64,000 bases of DNA from the NCBI GenBank assembly GCA_964016885.1, contig OZ024748.1, positions 36,394,001-36,458,000 on the forward strand, given 5' to 3'. The translations under genes were made by a program, and so were the position numbers. The notes below the pieces were generated by a model that had not been told where the DNA came from, ran no database searches, and saw only the letters and a list, made by a program, of their open reading frames with translations. The stretch is from Eledone cirrhosa (Eukaryota). Shown here one piece after another: positions 1 through 15,519 of this stretch. How positions within the stretch are numbered: position 1 is the stretch's first letter; the number at the start of each line of letters is the position of its first letter.

Positions 1-699
1 AACCTCACAGTCTGTCATAGTTATAATATAAGGTTAACAACAACACAACCTCACAGTCTGTCATAGTTATAATATAAGGTTAACAACAGAACCTCACAGT
101 CTGTCATAGTTATAATATAAGGTTAACAACAACAACACAACCTCACAGTCTGTCATAGTTATAATATAAGGTTAACAACAACAACACAACCACACAGTCT
201 GTCATAGTTATAATATAAGGTTAACAACAACACAGCCACACAGTGTGTCATAGTTATAATATAAGGTTAACAACACAACCTCACAGTCTGTCATATTTAT
301 AATATAAGGTTAACAACAACACAACCTCACAGTCTGTCATAGTTATAATATAAGGTTAACAACACAACCTCACAGTCTGTCATAGTTATAATATAATGTT
401 AACAACAACACAACCTCACAGTCTGTTATAGTTATAATATGAGGTTAACAACACAACCTCACAGTCTGTCATAGTTATAATATAAGGTTAACAACACAAC
501 CTCACAGTCTGTCATAGTTATAATATAAGGTTAACAACAACACAACCACACAGTCTGTCATAGTTATAATATAAGGTTAACAACACAACCTCACAGTCTG
601 TCATAGTTATAATATAAGTTTAAAAACAACACAAGCTCACAATCTGTCATAGTTATAATATAAGGTTAACCACACAACCACACAGTCTATCATAGTTAT

Positions 700-3600
700 A
701 ATATAAGGTTAACAACACAACCACACAGTCTGTCATAGTTATAATATAAGGTTAACAATACAACCACACAGTCTGTCATAGTTATAATATAAGGTTAACA
801 ACACAACCTCACAGTCTGTCATAGTTATAATATAAGGTTAACAACACAACCACACAGTCTGTCATAGTTATAATATAAGGTTAACAACACAACCACACAG
901 TCTGTCATAGTTATAATATAATGTTAACAACAACACAGCCTCACAGTCTGTCATAGTTATAATATAAGGTTAACAACAACACAGCCTCACAGTCTGTCAT
1001 AGTTATAATATAAGGTTAACAACAACAACACAACCTCACAGTCTGTCATAGTTATAATATAAGGTTAACAACACAACCTCACAGTCTCTCATAGTTATAA
1101 TATAAGGTTAACAACAACACAGCCTCACAGTCTGTCATAGTTATAATATAAGGTTAACAACAACACAGCCTCACAGTCTGTCATAGTTATAATATAAGGT
1201 TAACAACACAACCTCACAGTCTGTAATAGTTACAATATAAGGTTAACAACAACACAGCCTCACAGTCTGTCATAGTTATAATATAAGGTTAACAACACAA
1301 CCTCACAGTCTGTCATAGTTATAATATAAGGTTAACAACAACACAAGCTCACAGTCTGTCAGTTATAATATAAGGTTAAAAACACAACCTCACAGTCTGT
1401 CAGTTATAATATAAGGTTAACAACACAACCTCACAGTCTGTCAGTTATAATATAAGGTTAACAACATAACCTCACAATCTGTCATAGTTATAATATAAGG
1501 TTAACAACACAACCTCACAGTCTTTCATAGTTATAATATAAGGTTAACAACACAACCTCACAGTCTGTCATAGTTATAATATAAGGTTAACAACACAACC
1601 TCACAGTCTGTCATAGTTATAATATAAGGTTAACAACACAACCTCACAGTCTGTCATAGTTATAATATAAGGTTAACAACAACACAACCTCACAGTCTGT
1701 CAGTTATAATATAAGGTTAACAACACAACCTCACAGTCTGTCATAGTTATAATATAAGGTTAACAACAACACAACCTCAGAGTCTGTCAGTTATAATATA
1801 AGGTTAACAACACAACCACACAGTCTGTCATTGTTATAAAATAAGGTTAACAACACAACCTCACAGTCTGTCATGGTTATAATATATGGTTAACAACAAC
1901 ACAACCTCACAGTCTGTCAGTTATAATATAAGGTTAACAACACAACCTCACAGTCTTTCATAGTTATAATATAAGGTTAACAACACAACCACACAGTCTT
2001 TCATAGTTATAATATAAGGTTAACAACAACACAAGCTCAGTCTGTCATAGATATAATATAAGGTTAACAACACAACCACACAGTCTGTCATAGTTATAAT
2101 ATAAGGTTAACAACAACACAAGCTCACAGTCTGTCATAGTTATAATATAAGGTTAACAACACAACCACACAGTCTGTCATAGTTATAATATAAGGTTAAA
2201 AACACAACCTCACAGTCTGTCATAGTTATAATATAAGGTTAACAACACAACCTCACAGTCTGTCATAGTTATAATCTAAGGTTAACAACACAACCTCACA
2301 GTCTGTCATAGTTATAATATAAGGTTAACAACACAATCTCACAGTCTGTCATAGTTATAATATAAGGTTAACAACACAACCTCACAGTCTGTCATAGTTA
2401 TAATATAAGGTTAACAACACAACCTCACAGTCTGTCATAGTTATAATATAAGGTTAACAACACAACCTCACAGTCTGTCATAGTTATAATATAAGGTTAA
2501 CAACACAACCTCACAGTCTGTCATAGTTATAATATAAGGTTAACAACAACACAACCACACAGTCTGTCATAGTTATAATATAAGGTTAACAACACAACCT
2601 CACAGTCTGTCATAGTTGTAATATAAGGTTAACAACACAACCTCACAGTCTGTCATAGTTATAATATAAGGTTAACAACACAACCTCACAGTCTGTCATA
2701 GTTATAATATAAGGTTAACAACAACACAACCACACAGTCTGTTATAGTTATAATATAAGGTTAACGACACAACCTCACAGTCTGTCATAGTTATAATATA
2801 AGTTTAACAACAATACAAGCTCACAGTCTGTCATAGTTATAATATAAGGTTAACAACACAACCACACAGTCTGTCAGTTATAATATAAGGTTAACAACAC
2901 AACCTCACAGTCTGTAATAGTTATAATATAAGGTTAACAACAACACAGCCACACAGTCTGTCATAGTTATAATATAAGGTTAACAACACAACCTCACAGT
3001 CTGTCATAGTTATAATATAAGGTTAACAACTACACAACCTCACAGTCTGTCATAGTTATAATGTAAGGTTAACAACACAACCTCACAGTCTGTCATAGTT
3101 ATAATATAAGGTTAACAACAACAACACAACCTCACAGTCTGTCATAGTTATAATATAAGGTTAACAACAAGACAGCCACACAGTCTGTCATAGTTATAAT
3201 ATAAGGTTAACAACAACACAGCCACACAGTGTGTCATTGTTATAATATAAGGTTAACAACACAACCTCACATTCTGTCATAGTTATAATATAAGGTTAAC
3301 AACAACACAACCTCACAGTCTGTCATAGTTATAATATAAGGTTAACAACAACACAACCTCACAGTCTGTCATAGTTATAATATAAGGTTAACAACAGAAC
3401 CTCACAGTCTGTCATAGTTGTAATATAAGGTTAACAACACAACCTCACAGTCTGTCATAGTTATAATATAAGGTTAACAACACAACCTCACAGTCTGTCA
3501 TAGTTATAATATAAGGTTAACAACAACACAACCACACAGTCTGTTATAGTTATAATATAAGGTTAACGACACAACCTCACAGTCTGTCATAGTTATAATA

Positions 3601-6600
3601 TAAGTTTAACAACAATACAAGCTCACAGTCTGTCATAGTTATAATATAAGGTTAACAACACAACCACACAGTCTGTCAGTTATAATATAAGGTTAACAAC
3701 ACAACCTCACAGTCTGTAATAGTTATAATATAAGGTTAACAACAACACAGCCACACAGTCTGTCATAGTTATAATATAAGGTTAACAACACAACCTCACA
3801 GTCTGTCATAGTTATAATATAAGGTTAACAACTACACAACCTCACAGTCTGTCATAGTTATAATGTAAGGTTAACAACACAACCTCACAGTCTGTCATAG
3901 TTATAATATAAGGTTAACAACAACAACACAACCTCACAGTCTGTCATAGTTATAATATAAGGTTAACAACAAGACAGCCACACAGTCTGTCATAGTTATA
4001 ATATAAGGTTAACAACAACACAGCCACACAGTGTGTCATTGTTATAATATAAGGTTAACAACACAACCTCACATTCTGTCATAGTTATAATATAAGGTTA
4101 ACAACAACACAACCTCACAGTCTGTCATAGTTATAATATAAGGTTAACAACAACACAACCTCACAGTCTGTCATAGTTATAATATAAGGTTAACAACAGA
4201 ACCTCACAGTCTGTCATAGTTATAATATAAGGTTAACAACAACAACACAACCTCACAGTCTGTCATAGTTATAATATAAGGTGAACAACAAGACAGCCAC
4301 ACAGTCTGTCATAGTTATAATATAAGGCTAACAACAACACAGCCACACAGTGTGTCATAGTTATAATATAAGGTTAACAACACAACCTCACAGTCTGTCA
4401 TATTTATAATATAAGGTTAACAACAACACAACCTCACAGTCTGTCATAGTTATAATATAAGGTTAACAACACAACCTCACAGTCTGTCATAGTTATAATA
4501 TAAGGTTAACAACACAACCTCACAGTCTGTCATAGTTATAATATAAGGTTAACAACACAACCTCACAGTCTGTCATAGTTATAATATAAGGTTAACAACA
4601 ACACAACCACACAGTCTGTCATAGTTATAATATAAGGTTAACAACACAACCTCACAGTCTGTCATAGTTGTAATATAAGGTTAACCACACAACCACACAG
4701 TCTATCATAGTTATAATATAAGGTTAACAACACAACCACACAGTCTGTCATAGTTATAATATAAGGTTAACAATACAACCACACAGTCTGTCATAGTTAT
4801 AATATAAGGTTAACAACACAACCTCACAGTCTGTCATAGTTATAATATAAGGTTAACAACACAACCACACAGTCTGTCATAGTTATAATATAAGGTTAAC
4901 AACACAACCACACAGTCTGTCATAGTTATAATATAAGGTTAACAACAACACAGCCTCACAGTCTGTCATAGTTATAATATAAGGTTAACAACAACACAGC
5001 CTCACAGTCTGTCATAGTTATAATATAAGGTTAACAACAACAACACAACCTCACAGTCTGTCATAGTTATAATATAAGGTTAACAACACAACCTCACAGT
5101 CTCTCATAGTTATAATATAAGGTTAACAACAACACAGCCTCACAGTCTGTCATAGTTATAATATAAGGTTAACAACAACACAGCCTCACAGTCTGTCATA
5201 GTTATAATATAAGGTTAACAACACAACCTCACAGTCTGTAATAGTTACAATATAAGGTTAACAACAACACAGCCTCACAGTCTGTCATAGTTATAATATA
5301 AGGTTAACAACACAACCTCACAGTCTGTCATAGTTATAATATAAGGTTAACAACAACACAAGCTCACAGTCTGTCAGTTATAATATAAGGTTAAAAACAC
5401 AACCTCACAGTCTGTCAGTTATAATATAAGGTTAACAACACGACCACACAGTCTGTCATTGTTATAATATAAGGTTAACAACACAACCTCACAGTCTGTC
5501 AGTTATAATATAAGGTTAACAACATAACCTCACAATCTGTCATAGTTATAATATAAGGTTAACAACACAACCTCACAGTCTTTCATAGTTATAATATAAG
5601 GTTAACAACACAACCTCACAGTCTGTCATAGTTATAATATAAGGTTAACAACACAACCTCACAGTCTGTCATAGTTATAATATAAGGTTAACAACACAAC
5701 CTCACAGTCTGTCATAGTTATAATATAAGGTTAACAACAACACAACCTCACAGTCTGTCAGTTATAATATAAGGTTAACAACACAACCTCACAGTCTGTC
5801 ATAGTTATAATATAAGGTTAACAACAACACAACCTCAGAGTCTGTCAGTTATAATATAAGGTTAACAACACAACCACACAGTCTGTCATTGTTATAAAAT
5901 AAGGTTAACAACACAACCTCACAGTCTGTCATGGTTATAATATATGGTTAACAACAACACAACCTCACAGTCTGTCAGTTATAATATAAGGTTAACAACA
6001 CAACCTCACAGTCTTTCATAGTTATAATATAAGATTAACAACACAACCACACAGTCTTTCATAGTTATAATATAAGGTTAACAACAACACAAGCTCAGTC
6101 TGTCATAGATATAATATAAGGTTAACAACACAACCACACAGTCTGTCATAGTTATAATATAAGGTTAACAACAACACAAGCTCACAGTCTGTCATAGTTA
6201 TAATATAAGGTTAACAACACAACCACACAGTCTGTCATAGTTATAATATAAGGTTAACAACACAACCTCACAGTCTGTCATAGTTATAATATAAGGTTAA
6301 CAACACAACCTCACAGTCTGTCATAGTTATAATCTAAGGTTAACAACACAACCTCACAGTCTGTCATAGTTATAATATAAGGTTAACAACACAATCTCAC
6401 AGTCTGTCATAGTTATAATATAAGGTTAACAACACAACCTCACAGTCTGTCATAGTTATAATATAAGGTTAACAACACAACCTCACAGTCTGTCATAGTT
6501 ATAATATAAGGTTAACAACACAACCTCACAGTCTGTCATAGTTATAATATAAGGTTAACAACACAACCTCACAGTCTGTCATAGTTATAATATAAGGTTA

Positions 6601-7700
6601 ACAACAACACAACCACACAGTCTGTCATAGTTATAATATAAGGTTAACAACACAACCTCACAGTCTGTCATAGTTGTAATATAAGGTTAACAACACAACC
6701 TCACAGTCTGTCATAGTTATAATATAAGGTTAACAACACAACCTCACAGTCTGTCATAGTTATAATATAAGGTTAACAACAACACAACCACACAGTCTGT
6801 TATAGTTATAATATAAGGTTAACGACACAACCTCACAGTCTGTCATAGTTATAATATAAGTTTAACAACAATACAAGCTCACAGTCTGTCATAGTTATAA
6901 TATAAGGTTAACAACACAACCACACAGTCTGTCAGTTATAATATAAGGTTAACAACACAACCTCACAGTCTGTAATAGTTATAATATAAGGTTAACAACA
7001 ACACAGCCACACAGTCTGTCATAGTTATAATATAAGGTTAACAACACAACCTCACAGTCTGTCATAGTTATAATATAAGGTTAACAACTACACAACCTCA
7101 CAGTCTGTCATAGTTATAATGTAAGGTTAACAACACAACCTCACAGTCTGTCATAGTTATAATATAAGGTTAACAACAACAACACAACCTCACAGTCTGT
7201 CATAGTTATAATATAAGGTTAACAACAAGACAGCCACACAGTCTGTCATAGTTATAATATAAGGTTAACAACAACACAGCCACACAGTGTGTCATTGTTA
7301 TAATATAAGGTTAACAACACAACCTCACATTCTGTCATAGTTATAATATAAGGTTAACAACAACACAACCTCACAGTCTGTCATAGTTATAATATAAGGT
7401 TAACAACAACACAACCTCACAGTCTGTCATAGTTATAATATAAGGTTAACAACAGAACCTCACAGTCTGTCATAGTTATAATATAAGGTTAACAACAACA
7501 ACACAACCTCACAGTCTGTCATAGTTATAATATAAGGTGAACAACAAGACAGCCACACAGTCTGTCATAGTTATAATATAAGGTTAACAACAACACAGCC
7601 ACACAGTGTGTCATAGTTATAATATAAGGTTAACAACACAACCTCACAGTCTGTCATATTTATAATATAAGGTTAACAACAACACAACCTCACAGTCTGT
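700..7700. repeat. Higher-order duplication, offset 4058 bp (3256 bp plus an internal 802-bp duplication); boundaries approximate
   Basis: Rare variants recur at +4058: CTCAGAG 1780/5838, AATCTAAG 2276/6334, AACGACAC 2766/6824. AACGACAC also occurs at 3568 (+802). Confidence 0.85.
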
Positions 7701-7829
7701 CATAGTTATAATATAAGGTTAACAACACAACCTCACAGTCTGTCATAGTTATAATCTAATGTTAACAACAACACAACCTCACAGTCTGTTATAGTTATAA
7801 TATGAGGTTAACAACACAACCTCACAGTC

Positions 7830-10800
7830 TGTCATAGTTATAATATAAGGTTAACAACACAACCTCACAGTCTGTCATAGTTATAATATAAGGTTAACAA
7901 CAACACAACCACACAGTCTGTCATAGTTATAATATAAGGTTAACAACACAACCTGACAGTCTGTCATAGTTATAATATAAGTTTAAAAACAACACAAGCT
8001 CACAATCTGTCATAGTTATAATATAAGGTTAACCACACAACCACACAGTCTATCATAGATATAATATAAGGTTAACAACACAACCACACAGTCTGTCATA
8101 GTTATAATATAAGGTTAACAATACAACCACACAGTCTGTCATAGTTATAATATAAGGTTAACAACACAACCTCACAGTCTGTCATAGTTATAATATAAGG
8201 TTAACAACACAACCACACAGTCTGTCATAGTTATAATATAAGGTTAACAACACAACCACACAGTCTGTCATAGTTATAATATAAGTTTAACAACAACACA
8301 GCCTCACAGTCTATCATAGTTATAATATAAGGTTAAGAACACAACCTCACAGTCTGTCATAGTTATAATATAAGGTTAACAACACAACCTCACAGTCTCT
8401 CATAGTTATAATATAAGGTTAACAACAACACAGCCTCACAGTCTGTCATAGTTATAATATAAGGTTAACAAAAACACAGCCTCACAGTCTGTCATAGTTA
8501 TAATATAAGGTTAACAACACAACCTCACAGTCTGTAATAGTTACAATATAAGGTTAACAACAACACAGCCTCACAGTCTGTCATAGTTATAATATAAGGT
8601 TAACAACACAACCTCACAGTCTGTCATAGTTATAATATAAGGTTAACAACAACACAAGCTCACAGTCTGTCAGTTATAATATAAGGTTAACAACACAACC
8701 TCACAGTCTGTCAGTTATAATATAAGGTTAACAACACGACCACACAGTCTGTCATTGTTATAATATAAGGTTAACAACACAACCTCACAGTCTGTCAGTT
8801 ATAATATAAGGTTAACAACACAACCTCACAATCTGTCATAGTTATAATATAAGGTTAACAACACAACCTCACAGTCTTTCATAGTTATAATATAAGGTTA
8901 ACAACACAACCTCACAGTCTTTCATAGTTATAATATAAGGTTAACAACACAACCTCACAGTCTGTCATAGTTATAATATAAGGTTAACAACAACACAACC
9001 TCACAGTCTGTCATAGTTATAATATAAGGTTAACAACAACAGAGCCTCACAGTCTGTCATAGTTATAATATAAGGTTAACAACACAACCTCACAGTCTGT
9101 CAGTTATAATATAAGGTTAACAACACAACCTCACAGTCTGTCATAGTTATAATTTAAGGTTAACAACACAACCTCACAGTCTGTCATAGTTATAATATAA
9201 GGTTAACAACACAACCTCACAGTCTGTCATAGTTATTATATAAGGTTAACAACAACACAACCTCACAGTCTGTCATAGTTCTAATATAAGGTTAACAACA
9301 ACACAACCTCACAGTCTGTCATAGTTATAATATAAGGTTAACAACAACACAACCTCACAGTCTGTCATAGTTATAATATAAGGTTAACAACACAACCTCA
9401 CAGTCTGTAATAGTTACAATATAAGGTTAACAACAACACAGCCTCACAGTCTGTCATAGTTATAATATAAGGTTAACAACAACACAGCCTCACAGTCTGT
9501 CATAGTTATAATATAAGGTTAACAACACAACCTCACAGTCTGTAATAGTTACAATATAAGGTTAACAACAACAGAGCCTCACAGTCTGTCATAGTTATAA
9601 TATAAGGTTAACAACACAATCTCACAGTCTGTCATAGTTATAATATAAGGTTAACAATACAACCACACAGTCTGTCATAGTTATAATATAAGGTTAACAA
9701 CACAACCTCACAGTCTGTCATAGTTATAATATAAGGTTAACAACACAACCACACAGTCTGTCATAGTTATAATATAAGGTTAACAACAACACAAGCTCAC
9801 AGTCTGTCATAGTTATAATATAAGGTTAACAACACAACCTCACAGTCTGTCAGTTATAATATAAGGTTAACAACACAACCTCACAGTCTGTCATAGTTAT
9901 AATATAAGGTTAACAACACAACCTCACAGTCTGTCATAGTTATAATATAAGGTTAACAACACAACCTCACAGTCTGTCATAGTTATTATATAAGGTTAAC
10001 AACAACACAACCTCACAGTCTGTGATAGTTCTAATATAAGGTTAACAACAACACAACCTCACAGTCTGTCATAGTTATAATATAAGGTTAACAACAACAC
10101 AACCTCACAGTCTGTCATAGTTATAATATAAGGTTAACAACACAACCTCACAGTCTGTCATAGTTATAATATAAGGTTAACAACACAACCTCACAGTCTG
10201 TCATAGATATAATATAAGGTTAACAACACAACCTCACAGTTTGTCAGTTATAATATAAGGTTAACAACACAACCTCACAGTCTGTCATAGTTATAATATA
10301 AGGTTAACAACAACACAACCACACAGTCTGTCATAGTTATAATATAAGGTTAACAACACAACCTCACAGTCTGTCATAGTTATAATATAAGTTTAAAAAC
10401 AACACAAGCTCACAATCTGTCATAGTTATAATATAAGGTTAGCCACACAACCACACAGTCTATCATAGATATAATATAAGGTTAACAACACAACCACACA
10501 GTCTGTCATAGTTATAATATAAGGTTAACAATACAACCACACAGTCTGTCATAGTTATAATATAAGGTTAACAACACAACCTCACAGTCTGTCATGGTTA
10601 TAATATAAGGTTAACAACACAACCACACAGTCTGTCATAGTTATAATATAAGGTTAACAACACAACCACACAGTCTGTCATAGTTATAATATAAGTTTAA
10701 CAACAACACAGCCTCACAGTCTATCATAGTTATAATATAAGGTTAACAACACAACCTCACAGTCTGTCATAGTTATAATATAAGGTTAACAACACAACCT

Positions 10801-12450
10801 CACAGTCTGTCATAGTTATAATATAAGGTTAACAACACAACCTCACAGTCTCTCATAGTTATAATATAAGGTTAACAACAACACAGCCTCACAGTCTGTC
10901 ATAGTTATAATATAAGGTTAACAACAACACAGCCTCACAGTCTGTCATAGTTATAATATAAGGTTAACAACACAACCTCACAGTCTGTAATAGTTACAAT
11001 ATAAGGTTAACAACAACACAGCCTCACAGTCTGTCATAGTTATAATATAAGGTTAACAACACAACCTCACAGTCTGTCATAGTTATAATATAAGGTTAAC
11101 AACAACACAAGCTCACAGTCTGTCAGTTATAATATAAGGTTAACAACACAACCTCACAGTCTGTCAGTTATAATATAAGGTTAACAACACGACCACACAG
11201 TCTGTCATTGTTATAATATAAGGTTAACAACACAACCTCACAGTCTGTCAGTTATAATATAAGGTTAACAACACAACCTCACAATCTGTCATAGTTATAA
11301 TATAAGGTTAACAACACAACCTCACAGTCTTTCATAGTTATAATATAAGGTTAACAACACAACCTCACAGTCTTTCATAGTTATAATATAAGGTTAACAA
11401 CACAACCTCACAGTCTGTCATAGTTATAATATAAGGTTAACAACAACACAACCTCACAGTCTGTCATAGTTATAATATAAGGTTAACAACAACAGAGCCT
11501 CACAGTCTGTCATAGTTATAATATAAGGTTAACAACACAACCTCACAGTCTGTCAGTTATAATATAAGGTTAACAACACAACCTCACAGTCTGTCATAGT
11601 TATAATTTAAGGTTAACAACACAACCTCACAGTCTGTCATAGTTATAATATAAGGTTAACAACACAACCTCACAGTCTGTCATAGTTATTATATAAGGTT
11701 AACAACAACACAACCTCACAGTCTGTCATAGTTCTAATATAAGGTTAACAACAACACAACCTCACAGTCTGTCATAGTTATAATATAAGGTTAACAACAA
11801 CACAACCTCACAGTCTGTCATAGTTATAATATAAGGTTAACAACACAACCTCACAGTCTGTAATAGTTACAATATAAGGTTAACAACAACACAGCCTCAC
11901 AGTCTGTCATAGTTATAATATAAGGTTAACAACAACACAGCCTCACAGTCTGTCATAGTTATAATATAAGGTTAACAACACAACCTCACAGTCTGTAATA
12001 GTTACAATATAAGGTTAACAACAACAGAGCCTCACAGTCTGTCATAGTTATAATATAAGGTTAACAACACAATCTCACAGTCTGTCATAGTTATAATATA
12101 AGGTTAACAATACAACCACACAGTCTGTCATAGTTATAATATAAGGTTAACAACACAACCTCACAGTCTGTCATAGTTATAATATAAGGTTAACAACACA
12201 ACCACACAGTCTGTCATAGTTATAATATAAGGTTAACAACAACACAAGCTCACAGTCTGTCATAGTTATAATATAAGGTTAACAACACAACCTCACAGTC
12301 TGTCAGTTATAATATAAGATTAACAACACAACCTCACAGTCTGTCATAGTTATAATATAAGGTTACCAACACAACCTCACAGTCTGTCATAGTTATAATA
12401 TAAGGTTAACAACACAACCTCACAGTCTGTCATAGTTATTATATAAGGTT
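7830..12450. repeat. Higher-order tandem duplication, offset 2453 bp; boundaries approximate
   Basis: AATTTAAGG at 9151/11604 and TTCTAAT at 9281/11734, with the same order of intervening variants. Confidence 0.85.
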
Positions 12451-15400
12451 AACAACACAACCTCACAGTTTGTCAGTTATAATATAAGGTTAACAACACA
12501 ACCTCACAGTCTGTCATAGTTATAATATAAGGTTAACAACACAACCTCACAGTCTGTCATAGTTATAATATAAGGTTAACAACACAACCTCACAGTCTTT
12601 CATAGTTATAATATAAGGTTAACAACAAAACCACACAGTCTGTCATAGTTATAATATAAGGTTAACAACAACAAAAGCTTACAGTCTGTCATAGTTATAA
12701 TATAAGGTTAACAACACAACCTCACAGTCTGTCATAGTTATAATATAAGGTTAACAACACAACCTCACAGTCTGTCATAGTTATAATATAAGGTTAACAA
12801 CAACACAACCACACAGTCTGTCATAGTTATAATATAAGGCTAACAACAACACAACCACACAGTCTGTCATAGTTATAATATAAGGTTAACAACACAACCT
12901 CACAGTCTGTCATAGTTGTAATATAAGGTTAACAACACAACCTCACAGTCTTTCATAGTTATAATATAAGGTTAACAACACAACCTCACAGTCTGTCATA
13001 GTTGTAATATAAGGTTAACAACACAACCTCACAGTCTTTCATAGTTATAATATAAGGTTAACAACACAACCTCACAGTCTTTCATAGTTATAATATAAGG
13101 TTAACAACACAACCTCACAGTCTGTCATAGTTATAATATAAGGTTAACAACACAACCTCACAGTCTGTCATAGTTATAATATAAGTTTAACAACAATACA
13201 AGCTCACAGTCTGTCATAGTTATAATATAAGGTTAACAACACAACCACACAGTCTGTCAGTTATAATATAAGGTTAACAACACAACCTCACAGTCTGTCA
13301 TAGTTATAATATAAGGTTAACAACAACACAGCCACACAGTCTGTCATAGTTATAATAGAAGGTTAACAACACAACCTCACAGTGTGTCATAGTTATAATA
13401 TAAGGTTAACAACAACACAACCTCACAGTCTGTCATAGTTATAATATAAGGTTAACAACACAACCTCACATTCTGTCATAGTTATAATATAAGGTTAACA
13501 ACAACACAACCTCACAGTCTGTCATAGTTATAATATAAGGTTAAAAACACAACCTCACAGTCTGTCATAGTTATAATATAAGGTTAACAACAACAACACA
13601 ACCTCACAGTCTGTCATAGTTATAATATAAGGTTAACAACACAACCTCACAGTCTGTCATAGTTATAATATAAGGTTAACAACAACACAGCCACACAGTC
13701 TGTCATAGTTATAATATAAGGTTAACAACACAACCTCACAGTCTGTCATAGTTATAATATAAGGTTAACAACAACACAACCTCACAGTCTGTCATAGTTA
13801 TAATATAAGGTTAACAACAACACAACCTCACAGTCTGTCATAGTTATAATATAAGGTTAACAACAGAACCTCACAGTCTGTCATAGTTATAATATAAGGT
13901 TAACAACAACAACACAACCTCACAGTCTGTCATAGTTATAATATAAGGTTAACAACAAGACAGCCACACAGTCTGTCATAGTTATAATATAAGGTTAACA
14001 ACAACACAGCCACACAGTGTGTCATAGTTATAATATAAGGTTAACAACACAACCTCACAGTCTGTCATATTTATAATATAAGGTTAACAACAACACAACC
14101 TCACAGTCTGTCATAGTTATAATATAAGGTTAACAACACAACCTCACAGTCTGTCATAGTTATAATATAATGTTAACAACAACACAACCTCACAGTCTGT
14201 TATAGTTATAATATGAGGTTAACAACACAACCTCACAGTCTGTCATAGTTATAATATAAGGTTAACAACACAACCTCACAGTCTGTCATAGTTATAATAT
14301 AAGGTTAACAACACAACCTCACAGTCTGTCATAGTTATAATATAAGTTTTAAAACAACACAAGCTCACAATCTGTCATAGTTATAATATAAGGTTAACCA
14401 CACAACCACACAGTCTATCATAGATATAATATAAGGTTAACAACACAACCACACAGTCTGTCATAGTTATAATATAAGGTTAACAATACAACCACACAGT
14501 CTGTCATAGTTATAATATAAGGTTAACAACACAACCTCACAGTCTGTCATAGTTATAATATAAGGTTAACAACACAACCACACAGTCTGTCATAGTTATA
14601 ATATAAGGTTAACAACACAACCTCACAGTCTCTCATAGTTATAATATAAGGTTAACAACAACACAGCCTCACAGTCTGTCATAGTTATAATATGAGGTTA
14701 ACAACACAACCTCACAGTCTGTCATAGTTATAATATAAGGTTAACAACAACACAACCTCACAGTCTGTAATAGTTACAATATAAGGTTAACAACAACACA
14801 GCCTCACAGTCTGTCATAGTTATAATATAAGGTTAACAACACAACCTCACAGTCTGTCATAGTTATAATATAAGGTTAACAACAACAGAGCCTCACAGTC
14901 TGTCATAGTTATAATATAAGGTTAACAACACAACCTCACAGTCTGTCAGTTATAATATAAGGTTAACAACACAACCTCACAGTCTGTCATAGTTATAATA
15001 TAAGGTTAACAACACAACCTCACAGTCTGTCATAGTTATAATATAAGGTTAACAACAACACAACCTCACAGTCTGTCATAGTTCTAATATAAGGTTAACA
15101 ACAACACAACCTCACAGTCTGTCATAGTTATAATATAAGGTTAACAACAACACAACCTCACAGTCTGTCATAGTTATAATATAAGGTTAACAACACAACC
15201 TCACAGTCTGTCATAGTTATAATATAAGGTTAACAACACAACCTCACAGTCTGTCATAGATATAATATAAGGTTAACAACACAACCTCACAGTTTGTCAG
15301 CTATAATATAAGGTTAACAACAACACAAGCTCACAGTCTGTCATAGTTATAATATAAGGTTAACAACACAACCTCACAGTCTGTCATAGTTATTATATAA

Positions 15401-15519
15401 GGTTAACAACAACACAACCTCACGGTCTGTCATAGTTCTAATATAAGGTTAACAACACAACCTCACAGTCTGTCATAGTTATTATATAAGGTTAACAACA
15501 ACACAACCTCACAGTCTGT

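Noticed and set aside
20-36. TATAAT / TATA-box promoter in every monomer
   Set aside because: Expected in an AT-rich repeat, with no -35 element or downstream gene.
240-280. RAG/Transib recombination-signal-like motif (CACAGTG or CACAGTC ... AACACAACC)
   Set aside because: The heptamer is exact only in minority variants. The nonamer match is just 5-6 of 9 and is best at a 26-bp rather than 12/23-bp spacing, and there is no transposase; most likely chance.
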